A stretch of 64,000 nt of DNA from an uncultured Candidatus Saccharibacteria bacterium (GTDB taxonomy: Bacteria > Patescibacteriota > Doudnabacteria > UBA920): positions 201,481-265,480 of the forward strand of contig CAZHIA010000001.1 in the NCBI GenBank assembly GCA_964532425.1, in the 5' to 3' direction. The notes below the pieces were generated by a model, which saw only the letters and a program-made list of their open reading frames with translations, ran no database searches and had not been told where the DNA came from. Made by a program: the position numbers and the translations under genes. Of this stretch, positions 19,956-29,585 are shown one piece after another; the stretch's first letter is position 1; each line of letters opens with the position of its first letter.

Positions 19956-22514
19956 TTGATTCATACTTGTATGGAAACAGAAACTTCCACAATTGAAGAA
20001 GGACAACCCGGACAGGAGCCATTCGAAGGCCGCTGGTCGGAAACCGGCGAGAGCCAGATCGATCACCTGCTCTTACAGGTTGATTTGCATGAGCTTTCCG
20101 ATCCGGGGTCGCTCGAAGCTGCTGAACTGTCTCTGTATCCCGAGAATGATGATGAGGGGTTGGGGATGTTGCCGGAGACGGAAGGCGAAGCCGAATTTCA
20201 GGAAAAGTTCGGTTCACTTCCCGAACTCGTTGCCGCTCTGGGTCCGCAGCAGGTTGGTTGGGAAAAAGTCGCAGCCAGTTCCGGTGGCGATGTCTTAAAA
20301 CGCGACGGGCACGAGTGGGTGTTCCGGGACAAAGATGGGCAAGAGACGTCCGTGACGCAGGCAGTGCAGGGTACGGCAATAGAAGCTCGTCATGCCGGCA
20401 TTCTGGAACAGTTGTATAACCAGGGGTTTGCCGTTTCTGAATTTGAGCGCGACCGCGAGACATTGGTGCGGGAAGTGTATTTTGCCGATGAAAAAGGCCG
20501 TATCAGTTTTGAAGTCTATGCCTTCAACAAAGAACAGGATGGATTTGAATTAGATGCAGAGAGAGAACTTGGAGAGGAGAGTGTGGCCAGCAGTGCGGAG
20601 CCGGCACTTCCGGACTCTACTGCTATTGACGATTTGGAAATTGAACCGCAACAACTGACCGTGCAACAGGGGGAAGTTCTATTCGAAACAGCCGTATTAG
20701 GAACAGATATGGAAGCGGAAAGTTCGGACAGTGAACTTTCCGCGGTTGCACTGGAGCTGGATGAAGCCGGAGTTGCGCCCGAATTTTTTGATGATGGAGT
20801 TGTTGAGATCAAAACTGAAGATTTGACCCAGGTCGAACCGGCTGCCGAAGAGATGGCTGTGGATGCGCCTCCGGAAAAGTATGCGGTTTTGCCGAGCAGT
20901 GTTCCGCTGAAAGAGACAGTGATGCAAGCGGCCATGAATGTCGCCGTTGATGGACAGGCTGTCCGGACAGTGGCGGAACATGTATTGCCCATAGAATCCA
21001 TAGGAGTGATGGAAGCAATTTCTTTTGAAGCGCAAGGGATTGGAATTCAGGAACCTGAAATTGAAGCTCACCAGGTCCCGGCAGAGAGTGAGAAGCCAGT
21101 CACTGAATCCGCCGACAGAAAACAAGAGGGTGCAGTGCCGTTTATGGGAATACCGGATGCGATAGTTGTGCGGCAAGAAATAGCTCCGACAGCGGAAGAG
21201 ACAGTACAGGCATTAGGTAATTCAGCCATTGAAACAAGCCGCACGTCCGAAGTACAGCCCAGAGCCGTGCAGCAGAACGCTCCCACTATCGAACTGGCAA
21301 TTATGCCAGAAGTTTTCAGGACTGAGGCACCCGTTCAGGATATCCTGGCGACTGAATCCGCTACCGCAGATATCGAATCGTTGCTGGTGTCGCCAGTGGT
21401 TGCCGAGACGGTTCAAGCGGTTTTGCCTTCGGAAGCGAGCAGCGGGATTGAACTCGACACTGAGTATTGGATTGATTCAGAAACGGACACAGTGAGTATT
21501 GAAACCGGCCCTATGCTCCGGCAAGAAAGAGCTGAGTTTACTGAAGGTACACCAACCGTTGCCCCGGTAGAAATCGGCGGTGAGAAGCCCGCAGAAGGAT
21601 TATTTGAATTTGGAAGTAAACCGGAAATTGTAGAGACGACAGTACAGGAAGATTCTCACGCCAGCCAGGCTATTGAAATCGCTGCCGTATCCGAAGAAGA
21701 GTCCGAGATTCAAATCCAGGAGGATCTCGAACCCGCTCAGGAGTCTAAGCCGCGTCAGATTCAGGCTGTGCCGGAAAGGGTTTACTATGAATTTGCAACT
21801 CTGGAATCATTAGGTATAGCCGTGCAGGACGGTGAAGAAGCACAGGACCGGAGTATGCCTGAAATTTTACTTAAAGGCAGTTTCAAATCAGAACAGCGCG
21901 AGCCGGAGGAGGGGCTTGTGGCCGAATTAGAGGATGCCTCGGTTCGGTACACCAAGACAGTAACCGTCGAAGTGCCAGAGAGGTCTCCCCAGCAGCGGTC
22001 TGGCGAACCTCACCAAACCAGCGCAATAAGTGAATCCCGTAAATCCTCCAATGAGGTATCCACGGAGAAGCTTGGTATTTCGCTCGAAACGGAAGTTGTT
22101 GTAACTGGACAGGAGAGCGCAGTTCTTGTCGCTGAAGAAGATGTTTGGGAAGATCCGCGGGTCGAAACCGGGCAACCTGCGGTTCGGATAGCGGACATGG
22201 GGAGGCTGGAAACGGAGTTCAAAACACCAGCCGCAGTCGAGCCACAACCTATAATGAAGGCCACCCTGCTTCAGGATGGAGCAGAAACCTCCCGTTTTGC
22301 AACGCAGCTTGGTATTGAGTTGAACGAGTCCGTATCCGATGTACGGCAATCCGAATTCGCCAGTCAGCAGCAGCCGGCCTTACGAACCGTTTCGCGGACA
22401 GAAACGCTCGGTAGTGCGGTTCAGGCAGCCCGTCCGGTCTTGGACGCGGATGATTACGAGATGCAAGTGCCGCCAAATTTGCCGCGAGGGAAACGTTTGC
22501 AATTTGCAACATAA
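19956..22514 (+). CDS. very acidic low-complexity protein (Glu/Asp/Ala/Val-rich), unknown function
   Basis: 852-aa ORF. An N-terminal roughly 180-aa globular region is followed by about 650 aa of degenerate acidic repeats. It is co-directional with and 40 bp upstream of the ClpB-like gene. Confidence 0.6.
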   Translation: MIHTCMETETSTIEEGQPGQEPFEGRWSETGESQIDHLLLQVDLHELSDPGSLEAAELSLYPENDDEGLGMLPETEGEAEFQEKFGSLPELVAALGPQQVGWEKVAASSGGDVLKRDGHEWVFRDKDGQETSVTQAVQGTAIEARHAGILEQLYNQGFAVSEFERDRETLVREVYFADEKGRISFEVYAFNKEQDGFELDAERELGEESVASSAEPALPDSTAIDDLEIEPQQLTVQQGEVLFETAVLGTDMEAESSDSELSAVALELDEAGVAPEFFDDGVVEIKTEDLTQVEPAAEEMAVDAPPEKYAVLPSSVPLKETVMQAAMNVAVDGQAVRTVAEHVLPIESIGVMEAISFEAQGIGIQEPEIEAHQVPAESEKPVTESADRKQEGAVPFMGIPDAIVVRQEIAPTAEETVQALGNSAIETSRTSEVQPRAVQQNAPTIELAIMPEVFRTEAPVQDILATESATADIESLLVSPVVAETVQAVLPSEASSGIELDTEYWIDSETDTVSIETGPMLRQERAEFTEGTPTVAPVEIGGEKPAEGLFEFGSKPEIVETTVQEDSHASQAIEIAAVSEEESEIQIQEDLEPAQESKPRQIQAVPERVYYEFATLESLGIAVQDGEEAQDRSMPEILLKGSFKSEQREPEEGLVAELEDASVRYTKTVTVEVPERSPQQRSGEPHQTSAISESRKSSNEVSTEKLGISLETEVVVTGQESAVLVAEEDVWEDPRVETGQPAVRIADMGRLETEFKTPAAVEPQPIMKATLLQDGAETSRFATQLGIELNESVSDVRQSEFASQQQPALRTVSRTETLGSAVQAARPVLDADDYEMQVPPNLPRGKRLQFAT

Positions 22515-22554
22515 ATTCAGATGTCTTACCCGCTTCGCAATGGCGTCCTAAGGT

Positions 22555-24243
22555 TTGAATATAACAATTGAGGTAGTCCGTATGGTCGATTTTAACAAAA
22601 TTTCATATTACGACCTGAAGCTGGAAGCAATGAAGGGCAGGCTTGCGGCTGTTGTGGGTAGACGCGATGAGTTCTCTCGAATCTCGCGTGTCATTGCGCG
22701 TCATATTCATAATAACTGCATTTTGGTCGGGAATAGCGGCGTGGGCAAGACTGCGCTTATTCACGGGTGGGCTCAATCGACACTGTTGGATGAAAACCGC
22801 TCCATGCTTCCTATTGTGCAGCTTGAAGCGGAAAGTTTTGCGTCTTTCGGTTCGGCGGGGACCATCCCACTGCAGCGTTATAAGGAGGCGTTCGAATCCC
22901 TGCCCCCCTGTGTGTTGGTTATCGACGATTTTGGGGGGATCGTTTACAATAAACCGTCAGCCGTGCATACGATGCTCCAGCTGCTCAGACCGGTGGCGGA
23001 GAGTGGCCAGGTGCAGCTTATGCTCGTCATGGAAACCAAAGAACATAAATGGTTGGAGAACGAGCAGCCGAATTTTTTGAATTTTTTTGAGACCATTCCG
23101 GTCAAGGAACAATCGCATGCTGAGCAGTTGGAAATTTTAAAAAATTCTCAGGAGTGGTTCCGCAGCAAGCAGGCCGCGGGCGCGGATGATGTTTTGCTCG
23201 AACTTATTCTGCAGCTGGTGCAGCGGTTTGCCATGCTCGGGCAATTACCGGCTTCGGCTGTGAAGATTTTGGATGAAGTTCTGGCGCTTGCCCAGGCAGA
23301 AGGAAGAATGCAGGCCGCTGAATCCGACGTGTACCGGGTCGTTTCGGACAAAGCCGGTATCCCGCTGTCGCAGCTGCAAGTTTCGGAAAAAGAACAGCTT
23401 AAGAATTTGGAGCGCAATTTGAATTCCCGGATCATTGGGCAGCCGGCCGCGCTGAGTCGGATCGCCTCGACGATCAAGCGTGCCAAACTGGGTTTAAAAA
23501 ATCCGGGACGTCCGCTGGGTTCGTTTCTGGTGCTCGGCCCATCCGGCGTTGGTAAAACCGAGACGGCAAAATTCTTGGCCGAGACCGTATTCGGAAAGTC
23601 CGACAGTTTCATCCGTATCGACATGTCCGAATTCGGGCAGGAGCACACGGTGGCCCGGCTGATCGGCTCTCCCGCCGGCTATGTGGGGTTCGATGCGGGC
23701 GGCGGCCTCACCAATGCGGTCAAGCAGGAGCCGTACAGCTTGGTGCTGCTCGACGAGATCGAAAAAGCACACCCGAAGATTTTTGATATATTTTTGCAGA
23801 TCCTGGACGACGGCCGCTTGACCAGCGGGCAGGGTGAGACCATCGATTTCACCCAGACTATTGTCATGGCCACTTCGAATATGGGTGTGGAAGAGATTAT
23901 CAGGGGCCACGAGACGGGAGAAGATGTACATAGCGACTCGTTCTTCCAACAGCGGCTTGTGCCAGTGCTCTCGAAATCTTTCCGCCTGGAATTTTTAAAC
24001 CGATTTGACGCGGTGCTGGTATTCAAGCCGCTGACCGAACCTGATCTGTTGGAGATCGCCAAACTGGAAATTAAGAAGGTTGAGGCTCGCGTGTCCCGGC
24101 ACAACATCAAGTTCAAGATTGACCCTTCCGTACTTGTCAGGCAGATCAGAAACCTTGCAGATCCGCGTTTTGGCGCCCGCCCGGTCAAGCGGTTCGTAGA
24201 GACGACGTGCGAAGATTTGATTAGTAAAAAATTGTTACAATAG
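22555..24243 (+). CDS. truncated Clp/Hsp100-family AAA+ ATPase (degenerate D1 + canonical ClpB-type D2)
   Basis: D1 has Walker A GNSGVGKTA but an aberrant Walker B (VLVIDDFGG). D2 has IIGQ...LGPSGVGKTE, Walker B LLDEIEKAH, sensor/arginine-finger context and a C-terminal small domain. It is only 562 aa and lacks the N-domain and long M-domain. Confidence 0.8.
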   Translation: MNITIEVVRMVDFNKISYYDLKLEAMKGRLAAVVGRRDEFSRISRVIARHIHNNCILVGNSGVGKTALIHGWAQSTLLDENRSMLPIVQLEAESFASFGSAGTIPLQRYKEAFESLPPCVLVIDDFGGIVYNKPSAVHTMLQLLRPVAESGQVQLMLVMETKEHKWLENEQPNFLNFFETIPVKEQSHAEQLEILKNSQEWFRSKQAAGADDVLLELILQLVQRFAMLGQLPASAVKILDEVLALAQAEGRMQAAESDVYRVVSDKAGIPLSQLQVSEKEQLKNLERNLNSRIIGQPAALSRIASTIKRAKLGLKNPGRPLGSFLVLGPSGVGKTETAKFLAETVFGKSDSFIRIDMSEFGQEHTVARLIGSPAGYVGFDAGGGLTNAVKQEPYSLVLLDEIEKAHPKIFDIFLQILDDGRLTSGQGETIDFTQTIVMATSNMGVEEIIRGHETGEDVHSDSFFQQRLVPVLSKSFRLEFLNRFDAVLVFKPLTEPDLLEIAKLEIKKVEARVSRHNIKFKIDPSVLVRQIRNLADPRFGARPVKRFVETTCEDLISKKLLQ

Positions 24244-24424
24244 TTATTAGTAGTAATCTCGAATATGGCGAATACAGCGCAAATATACCAATAGTTATTG
24301 GCCGTTCAAATTTCAAAAGGTGGTGTGCTGTATTCGTATATTTGTGCTTGATTCGTATATTAGAGAATACTATTTTGAGATTACTCCTCCTCGATTATTA
24401 TTAGGGAATACCCCTTAAACGTAT

Positions 24425-24739
24425 ATGAACAAGAACGAGTTGATTCCATCACGCGAGTTGTCGCCGTCTCAATCAGCGGAAACCGAGGCACCTTCAGGCA
24501 TGTTGACCAAGGATGATGCGGAACGGGTGTATGCCGGCAGGCAGCACGATCTGGAACAGGTTCGCCCGTTTATTTGCCTGAAGTTCTACCATGAGATCAG
24601 CGAAAAGCTCGAGCGGGAAAAGCGCCAGTTCGACCGGTTACTGCATATCGAGGATAAAAAGCAGGACATACTCTCGCGCTACACCTTCGTGCTGAACCCA
24701 TACTTTTTTGAACAGAGGTTTATCGATCAACGAGCCTAG
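24425..24739 (+). CDS. hypothetical protein
   Basis: 104-aa ORF followed by the GC palindrome/terminator at 24761. Confidence 0.45.
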   Translation: MNKNELIPSRELSPSQSAETEAPSGMLTKDDAERVYAGRQHDLEQVRPFICLKFYHEISEKLEREKRQFDRLLHIEDKKQDILSRYTFVLNPYFFEQRFIDQRA

Positions 24740-24870
24740 TTGCAAATTTCCAATATCCAATTTCCAACCTGCCTGCCGGCAGGCAGGTTTCCAATAAAAT
24801 GTCTAATGCTCGAATTTGGAAATTATTATATTTGAAATTTTGTTAGGAATTAGAAATTGGGAATTTGAAA
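24730..24870. repeat. AT-rich CCAAAT/ATTTGG inverted-repeat element centred on CCTGCCTGCCGGCAGGCAGG (copy B)
   Basis: The same 20-bp GC palindrome lies at 24761-24780, flanked by ttccaatatccaatttccaa / gaaattgggaatttgaaatttt arms. Confidence 0.7.
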
Positions 24871-24874
24871 TTTT

Positions 24875-26158
24875 ATGCCTACGTCTTCTATTATTCTTGG
24901 TGAAAACATTTACCGCAATGTGCATCGGCCAATCGTGTTCCAGGACCATGACCGGCTGCGCCATACGTACATGCTCGGCAAGACCGGAGTGGGGAAGTCC
25001 ACGGTCTTTCAGAATATGTGCTTGCAGGACATCCGCAACCGGCACGGCGCCTGTTTTATTGACCCGCACGGCGAATCTATTGCTTGGCTGCTGGAACGTA
25101 TCCCAGAAAACCGCCTGGAAGATGTCATTCTGTTTGAACCTGCGGACGAGGACTGCTCATTCGGGCTTAACCTGCTTGAGGCCAGCAGCGAGCGCGAGAA
25201 AGATTTTTTGGTCTCCCAGGTCATTGAAATTTTTTACAAGCTATTCGATCCCGGACGAACCGGCATTATCGGCCCGCAATTCGAACACTGGCTGCGCTGC
25301 GCTGCGCTGACGGTCATGGCGGGCCCGGAAGGCGGGAGTTTAATAGAGATCCCCCGGCTGTTCATTGATAAGGGGTTTGAAGCCAAAAAACGCAAGTACC
25401 TCAAAGACCCGGTGGTCCTGGATTTTTGGACCAAACAAATGGCCGGCACTTCGGATTTCCACAAGTCAGAAATGCTCAACTACTTCACCTCAAAGTTCGG
25501 CCATTTCATGAACAATTCGCAGATGCGCAACATTATCGGCCAGCGCGTTTCATCATTCAATTTTGACGAGGTACTGCGCCAGGAAAAGATTCTACTGGTC
25601 GATCTATCCAAGGGCAAGATTGGAGACATGAATGCGCAAATGCTCGGGCTCATTTTGGTAGCCAAGTTGCAGGGGGCGGTGCTCAGGCGTGCCGCCGTAC
25701 CGGAGCAGGAACGATACCCGTTCTACCTGTATGTCGACGAATTCCAGAATCTGGTCACAGACACGTTCGCGTCCATGCTGTCCGAGTCGCGCAAGTACGG
25801 CCTCGGGGTGCATTTAACCAACCAGTACTTCGCGCAGCTGCCGCCGGCTATGCAAAATGCCGTGCTGGGCAACGTCGGCACGCTGCTGGCGTTTGAAGTG
25901 GGCGTGGAAGATGCACAAATCTTAAGCCGCGAATTTGCCCCTATCGACAAGGAAGACTTTATAAACCTGCCGCGCTTCTCGTTTTATATCAAGCTGATGA
26001 TTGATGGCAAGACAAGTGAGGCATTTTCCGGAACCAGTCTGCCGCCGGACAGCAAGGTCATGGCAGGCAACGGCGATCGTATTCGTCAGATCAACCGTCT
26101 AGCTTATGCCGTCCCGCGCCTTCTCGCTGAGGAGCTGGTGAAGAGTTATATGAGATAG
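24875..26158 (+). CDS. TraD/VirD4/TrwB-like P-loop ATPase domain protein (T4SS coupling-protein-like, no TM anchor)
   Basis: Walker A GKTGVGKST and Walker B YLYVDEFQNL, followed by the SESRKYGLGVHLTNQ motif typical of the FtsK/TraD/HerA clade. Confidence 0.55.
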   Translation: MPTSSIILGENIYRNVHRPIVFQDHDRLRHTYMLGKTGVGKSTVFQNMCLQDIRNRHGACFIDPHGESIAWLLERIPENRLEDVILFEPADEDCSFGLNLLEASSEREKDFLVSQVIEIFYKLFDPGRTGIIGPQFEHWLRCAALTVMAGPEGGSLIEIPRLFIDKGFEAKKRKYLKDPVVLDFWTKQMAGTSDFHKSEMLNYFTSKFGHFMNNSQMRNIIGQRVSSFNFDEVLRQEKILLVDLSKGKIGDMNAQMLGLILVAKLQGAVLRRAAVPEQERYPFYLYVDEFQNLVTDTFASMLSESRKYGLGVHLTNQYFAQLPPAMQNAVLGNVGTLLAFEVGVEDAQILSREFAPIDKEDFINLPRFSFYIKLMIDGKTSEAFSGTSLPPDSKVMAGNGDRIRQINRLAYAVPRLLAEELVKSYMR

Positions 26159-26339
26159 ATCGAGCTTTGAATATCGGTGAGGGTAATAACCATAACCATA
26201 GGGGAACAGCAGCGCATTCCATTTCTTCACGACCGTCAAGAAATGGAATGTGTTGTTATATGAGTGTAATATGCTGTCGTCTATAATGATGGTTTTGAGA
26301 ACGGTCGTCGTTCTTGGAGGGCTGTGATACAATAAGTGT

Positions 26340-27965
26340 ATGGAGATTCTAAAAAAATATTTCCACCATTGGCATATCTCCAATGCTTTTTTGGCAGCAC
26401 TTTTGTTTGTTTGTGGTTTGGCGGTGTATGCCAATACGTTTGGTAACGGCATGTTCTGGGATGACAACGATTTTATCCTGAACAATCAGTACGTTCAGCA
26501 TTGGCAGTATGTACCTAACATGTTCCGGGAGAATGTTATAGCCGGCTCTGGCCTGAATAGTAATTACTGGCGGCCGGTGCTGCTTCTGGTCTTTTCTACA
26601 GAGTGGCACGCCTGGCAGGGGTGGACGCCCGGATACCATCTGGTCAATACTGCATTCCATTTGGCAAATGACGTGCTGCTGTTCTTCCTCTTATTAGCTG
26701 TATTTCGCAAGCGAGCACTGGCATTTTTGGCAGCCCTTATTTTCCTTGTCCATCCGCTGCAAACCGAAGCGGTATCGTATGCTAACAGCCTGGGAGATTC
26801 GCTGTCAGTCTTTTTCATGTTCTCAGGATTGTTGCTGTATGCCCGGGCGATAGCTCTGGGTCGGCCTGCCTGGCGCCAGTGGCAGCCGTATGCTGCGGCT
26901 ATGTTGTACGCACTCGCTCTCATGTCGAAAGAGACCGCGGTCGTCATGCCTGGCTTGCTAGTACTGATCGACATCTTCGGGCATCACCAGTCGCGGCCTG
27001 AGAGTTGGAAAGAATTCCTGCGCTCTCTGCTCGGTTCCGTGAGGCGGACGTGGCCGTATTTTCTTCTGGCTGCCGTGTATATTGGACTGCGGGCTACGGT
27101 ATTGAATTTGGGCAACACATTCAACCTCTATAACGAGACTACGGTTTTTACTGCCAGCGTATGGGTTCGGATTTTGACTTTTTTCCGGATCCTTCTCGAA
27201 TATTTCGGCCTGATGTTCTGGCCGCGCGTCTTGCATATGGAACGGAGCGTGGCCATTGCCACCAGCCTGCGTTCTATTGATGTCTGGCTCGGCGGATTGC
27301 TGGCTGCGGGTTTGCTGGCCTTGGCAATCTGGCGTCTGCCCCGGCGGTCGGCGGTGAGTTTCGGCATATTGTGGTTCTTCTGTGCCGTATCCGTGACTTC
27401 CAACATTGCCGCGCCGATCAATGGTTTGCTGTATGAGCACTGGATGTATGTCCCTCTGGTTGGTATTTTTCTCGCTTTAAGTTCGCTCGGGATGCAGTTG
27501 TGGGGGCTGAAAAGCGCAGCGCTCAAGCCAGTGAGGGTTTTGCTGTTATTTTTTGCGGTCGTGATCCCGATCGGTTTTGCGGTCCGAGCCATAGCACGGA
27601 ATGTGGAGTGGCGCGACCCCGTCACTTTTTATACGCAAACGCTGCGGTATGCCCCGACCAGTTATCGTATTATCAATAACCTCGGTATGGAGTATGCCGG
27701 GCGCCAAATGTACCAGCCGGCGCAGCAACAGTACGAACGGGCGGTGCAGCTTGATATGACAAACCCGGTAGCTCACCACAATCTCGGCAATCTGTACGTT
27801 GCGGAGGGCAGGTACCGTGAAGCGGTTACCGAATATGAGACCGCTCTGAACAATGATCCAAAATTCCTTTTCTCGTATCGCAATCTCATCGGGCTTTATT
27901 TGCAGCTGGGCGATAAGCAGGCAGCCGAACGCTGGTACCTGCAGTTTCTGCAATACATAAAGTGA
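26340..27965 (+). CDS. GT-C fold glycosyltransferase (PMT/ArnT-like, DUF2723-type) with C-terminal TPR repeats
   Basis: N-terminal polytopic domain with a first-loop FWDD acidic motif. The C-terminal roughly 120 aa carry 3 TPR units (AHHNLGNLYVAEGRYREAVTEYETAL...). Confidence 0.7.
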   Translation: MEILKKYFHHWHISNAFLAALLFVCGLAVYANTFGNGMFWDDNDFILNNQYVQHWQYVPNMFRENVIAGSGLNSNYWRPVLLLVFSTEWHAWQGWTPGYHLVNTAFHLANDVLLFFLLLAVFRKRALAFLAALIFLVHPLQTEAVSYANSLGDSLSVFFMFSGLLLYARAIALGRPAWRQWQPYAAAMLYALALMSKETAVVMPGLLVLIDIFGHHQSRPESWKEFLRSLLGSVRRTWPYFLLAAVYIGLRATVLNLGNTFNLYNETTVFTASVWVRILTFFRILLEYFGLMFWPRVLHMERSVAIATSLRSIDVWLGGLLAAGLLALAIWRLPRRSAVSFGILWFFCAVSVTSNIAAPINGLLYEHWMYVPLVGIFLALSSLGMQLWGLKSAALKPVRVLLLFFAVVIPIGFAVRAIARNVEWRDPVTFYTQTLRYAPTSYRIINNLGMEYAGRQMYQPAQQQYERAVQLDMTNPVAHHNLGNLYVAEGRYREAVTEYETALNNDPKFLFSYRNLIGLYLQLGDKQAAERWYLQFLQYIK

Positions 27966-28037
27966 GCCGTTTATACTTTTTGACTTTTATATCCTGAAGG
28001 CGTATAGTGCAGGCACTTCAACCCAAAGGAGAAAAGT

Positions 28038-28496
28038 ATGGAAGCACCCAAAAAGTCAGGCATGGCCCTGGTGCCGGTTCGTACTGTGCATGGCTTTCCG
28101 GTCTTTTTCGAGAAAAAGCCTTCGGAAGAGTTCCTTGAGTCTGTCATTCATTGCGGCTCGACCGACATTAGCTGCGAATTTTGCGGTCGTTACCACTTCA
28201 CCCCGGACTTTCAGAATCAGGAAGGCGGGGAGAAATACGAAGAGTATTCCAAGAAAGCCGAGCTGAAACCGGGCGGCGAATTTGTCGAGCATGACGAGGA
28301 CATGGTTTCGTGGGGCATGCTTGACGGCAAACAGTACGTGGTCGACTGTCCATGCCATGCCGGCGTCGCGTATGAGCAGCTGTTCTGGAAACATCTGGAA
28401 CTGATTTCTGGCTACTCGATCAAACGGGCCGTACAAATGAAACAACATGCCGAACGGGTGCTCGAACGCGCTCAGGCGATTGTGGTTCCAAAATAG
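28038..28496 (+). CDS. hypothetical Cys/His-rich protein
   Basis: 152-aa ORF with CxxC...CPCH motifs and a strong terminator downstream. Confidence 0.5.
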   Translation: MEAPKKSGMALVPVRTVHGFPVFFEKKPSEEFLESVIHCGSTDISCEFCGRYHFTPDFQNQEGGEKYEEYSKKAELKPGGEFVEHDEDMVSWGMLDGKQYVVDCPCHAGVAYEQLFWKHLELISGYSIKRAVQMKQHAERVLERAQAIVVPK

Positions 28497-28504
28497 CGGG
28501 ACAA

Positions 28505-28540
28505 GCAAACAGGCCGCTCTCATTAAAGAGCGGCCTGTTT
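28505..28540 (+). terminator. rho-independent terminator
   Basis: aaacaggccgctct..agagcggcctgtttt hairpin plus U-run. Confidence 0.8.
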
Positions 28541-28663
28541 TATATAATCTGATCGATTCAGAAATACCAAATAATATGTCCGAAAAATGTCATGGTTTCC
28601 GTAGGGGCCGGTCGCGACCGGCCCGTACACAGGAACGTAGCTTCCTGCACGACATTGATCTGA

Positions 28664-29575
28664 TCAAAAGACGTACAGGAAGATGGAAATGCTGATCAGG
28701 GAAATTATGGTGGAAAGAATGATGCAATTGGCAACAAATTCCTTGTCCAACCCGTACTTTTCCGAAATGACGAACGCGGTGACAGCTGTGGGCATGGCAG
28801 CCATGAGGCCGGAGACCCTGGTTTGCGGCTGGTCTAAACCGCAAAGCGCGGCAGCCACAGCCAGGAGTAGGGGGAAAATGGCCAGCTTGAGCACGACACT
28901 CAACGCTGCCAGTTGGGCATGGCGCGGGTGGAACTTACCATGAAGGAAGCCGCCCAGGGCAAATAAGGCAACTGGGGAGGCAGTGGCGCCGAGCATGGCC
29001 AGCGTCTTATTTACAAAGCCGTCAATGGCCGGGATGCGGACAAAGCTCAATGCGATGCCGACTGCCAGGGAAACAATGAGCGGATGGCGGACAAAATCCA
29101 ATATGTATGTTTTGACATTTTTAGTCCGCAGTACGAAGAATTCCACGGCTAGAATAGAGAACGCCAGCCCTATGGCAAAATGCGCCGTACCTGCTACGAT
29201 GGCATCGGAGTATTGCTTTTGTTCGACTGCGCCCGTAACCAAGGGGAAGCCCATATAAATGGTGTTGCCGACCAGGGCGGTCAAATAGATGGCAGCCTTG
29301 AGTTTGCGCTCCATCCGGAGAAAGCTCAGCAGGAGGACGAGCAGGACGCTGAAACCGATGAGTCCGAGCACATTAAAGCCAAGCAGCCCGAGCAAGTGCG
29401 AGTTGGACCAGACCGTCTGCCGAAAGCTGCTCACAATCAGCGCGGGCAGGGAAATATAATATACGAACGTGTTGAGCACGTGTACCCACTCGTCAGTGAC
29501 CACATGCCTGCGGCGCAGCAAAAAGCCGAGGCCAATAATGGCGAATATGGGGAGTACTACCTGGATGATTTCCAT
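28664..29575 (-). CDS. AEC-family (auxin efflux carrier / MdcF-like) transporter
   Basis: 10 predicted TM helices. The N-terminus MEIIQVVLPIFAIIGLGFLLRR is typical of Mem_trans family proteins. Confidence 0.85.
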   Translation of the reverse strand: MEIIQVVLPIFAIIGLGFLLRRRHVVTDEWVHVLNTFVYYISLPALIVSSFRQTVWSNSHLLGLLGFNVLGLIGFSVLLVLLLSFLRMERKLKAAIYLTALVGNTIYMGFPLVTGAVEQKQYSDAIVAGTAHFAIGLAFSILAVEFFVLRTKNVKTYILDFVRHPLIVSLAVGIALSFVRIPAIDGFVNKTLAMLGATASPVALFALGGFLHGKFHPRHAQLAALSVVLKLAIFPLLLAVAAALCGLDQPQTRVSGLMAAMPTAVTAFVISEKYGLDKEFVANCIILSTIISLISISIFLYVF

Positions 29576-29585
29576 GTGTTTGTTT

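Noticed and set aside
20516-21176. Minus-strand ORFs (159-161 aa) within the acidic protein gene
   Set aside because: Antisense to the 852-aa frame. They are Ser/Ala/Thr-rich translations of GAA/GCT repeats.
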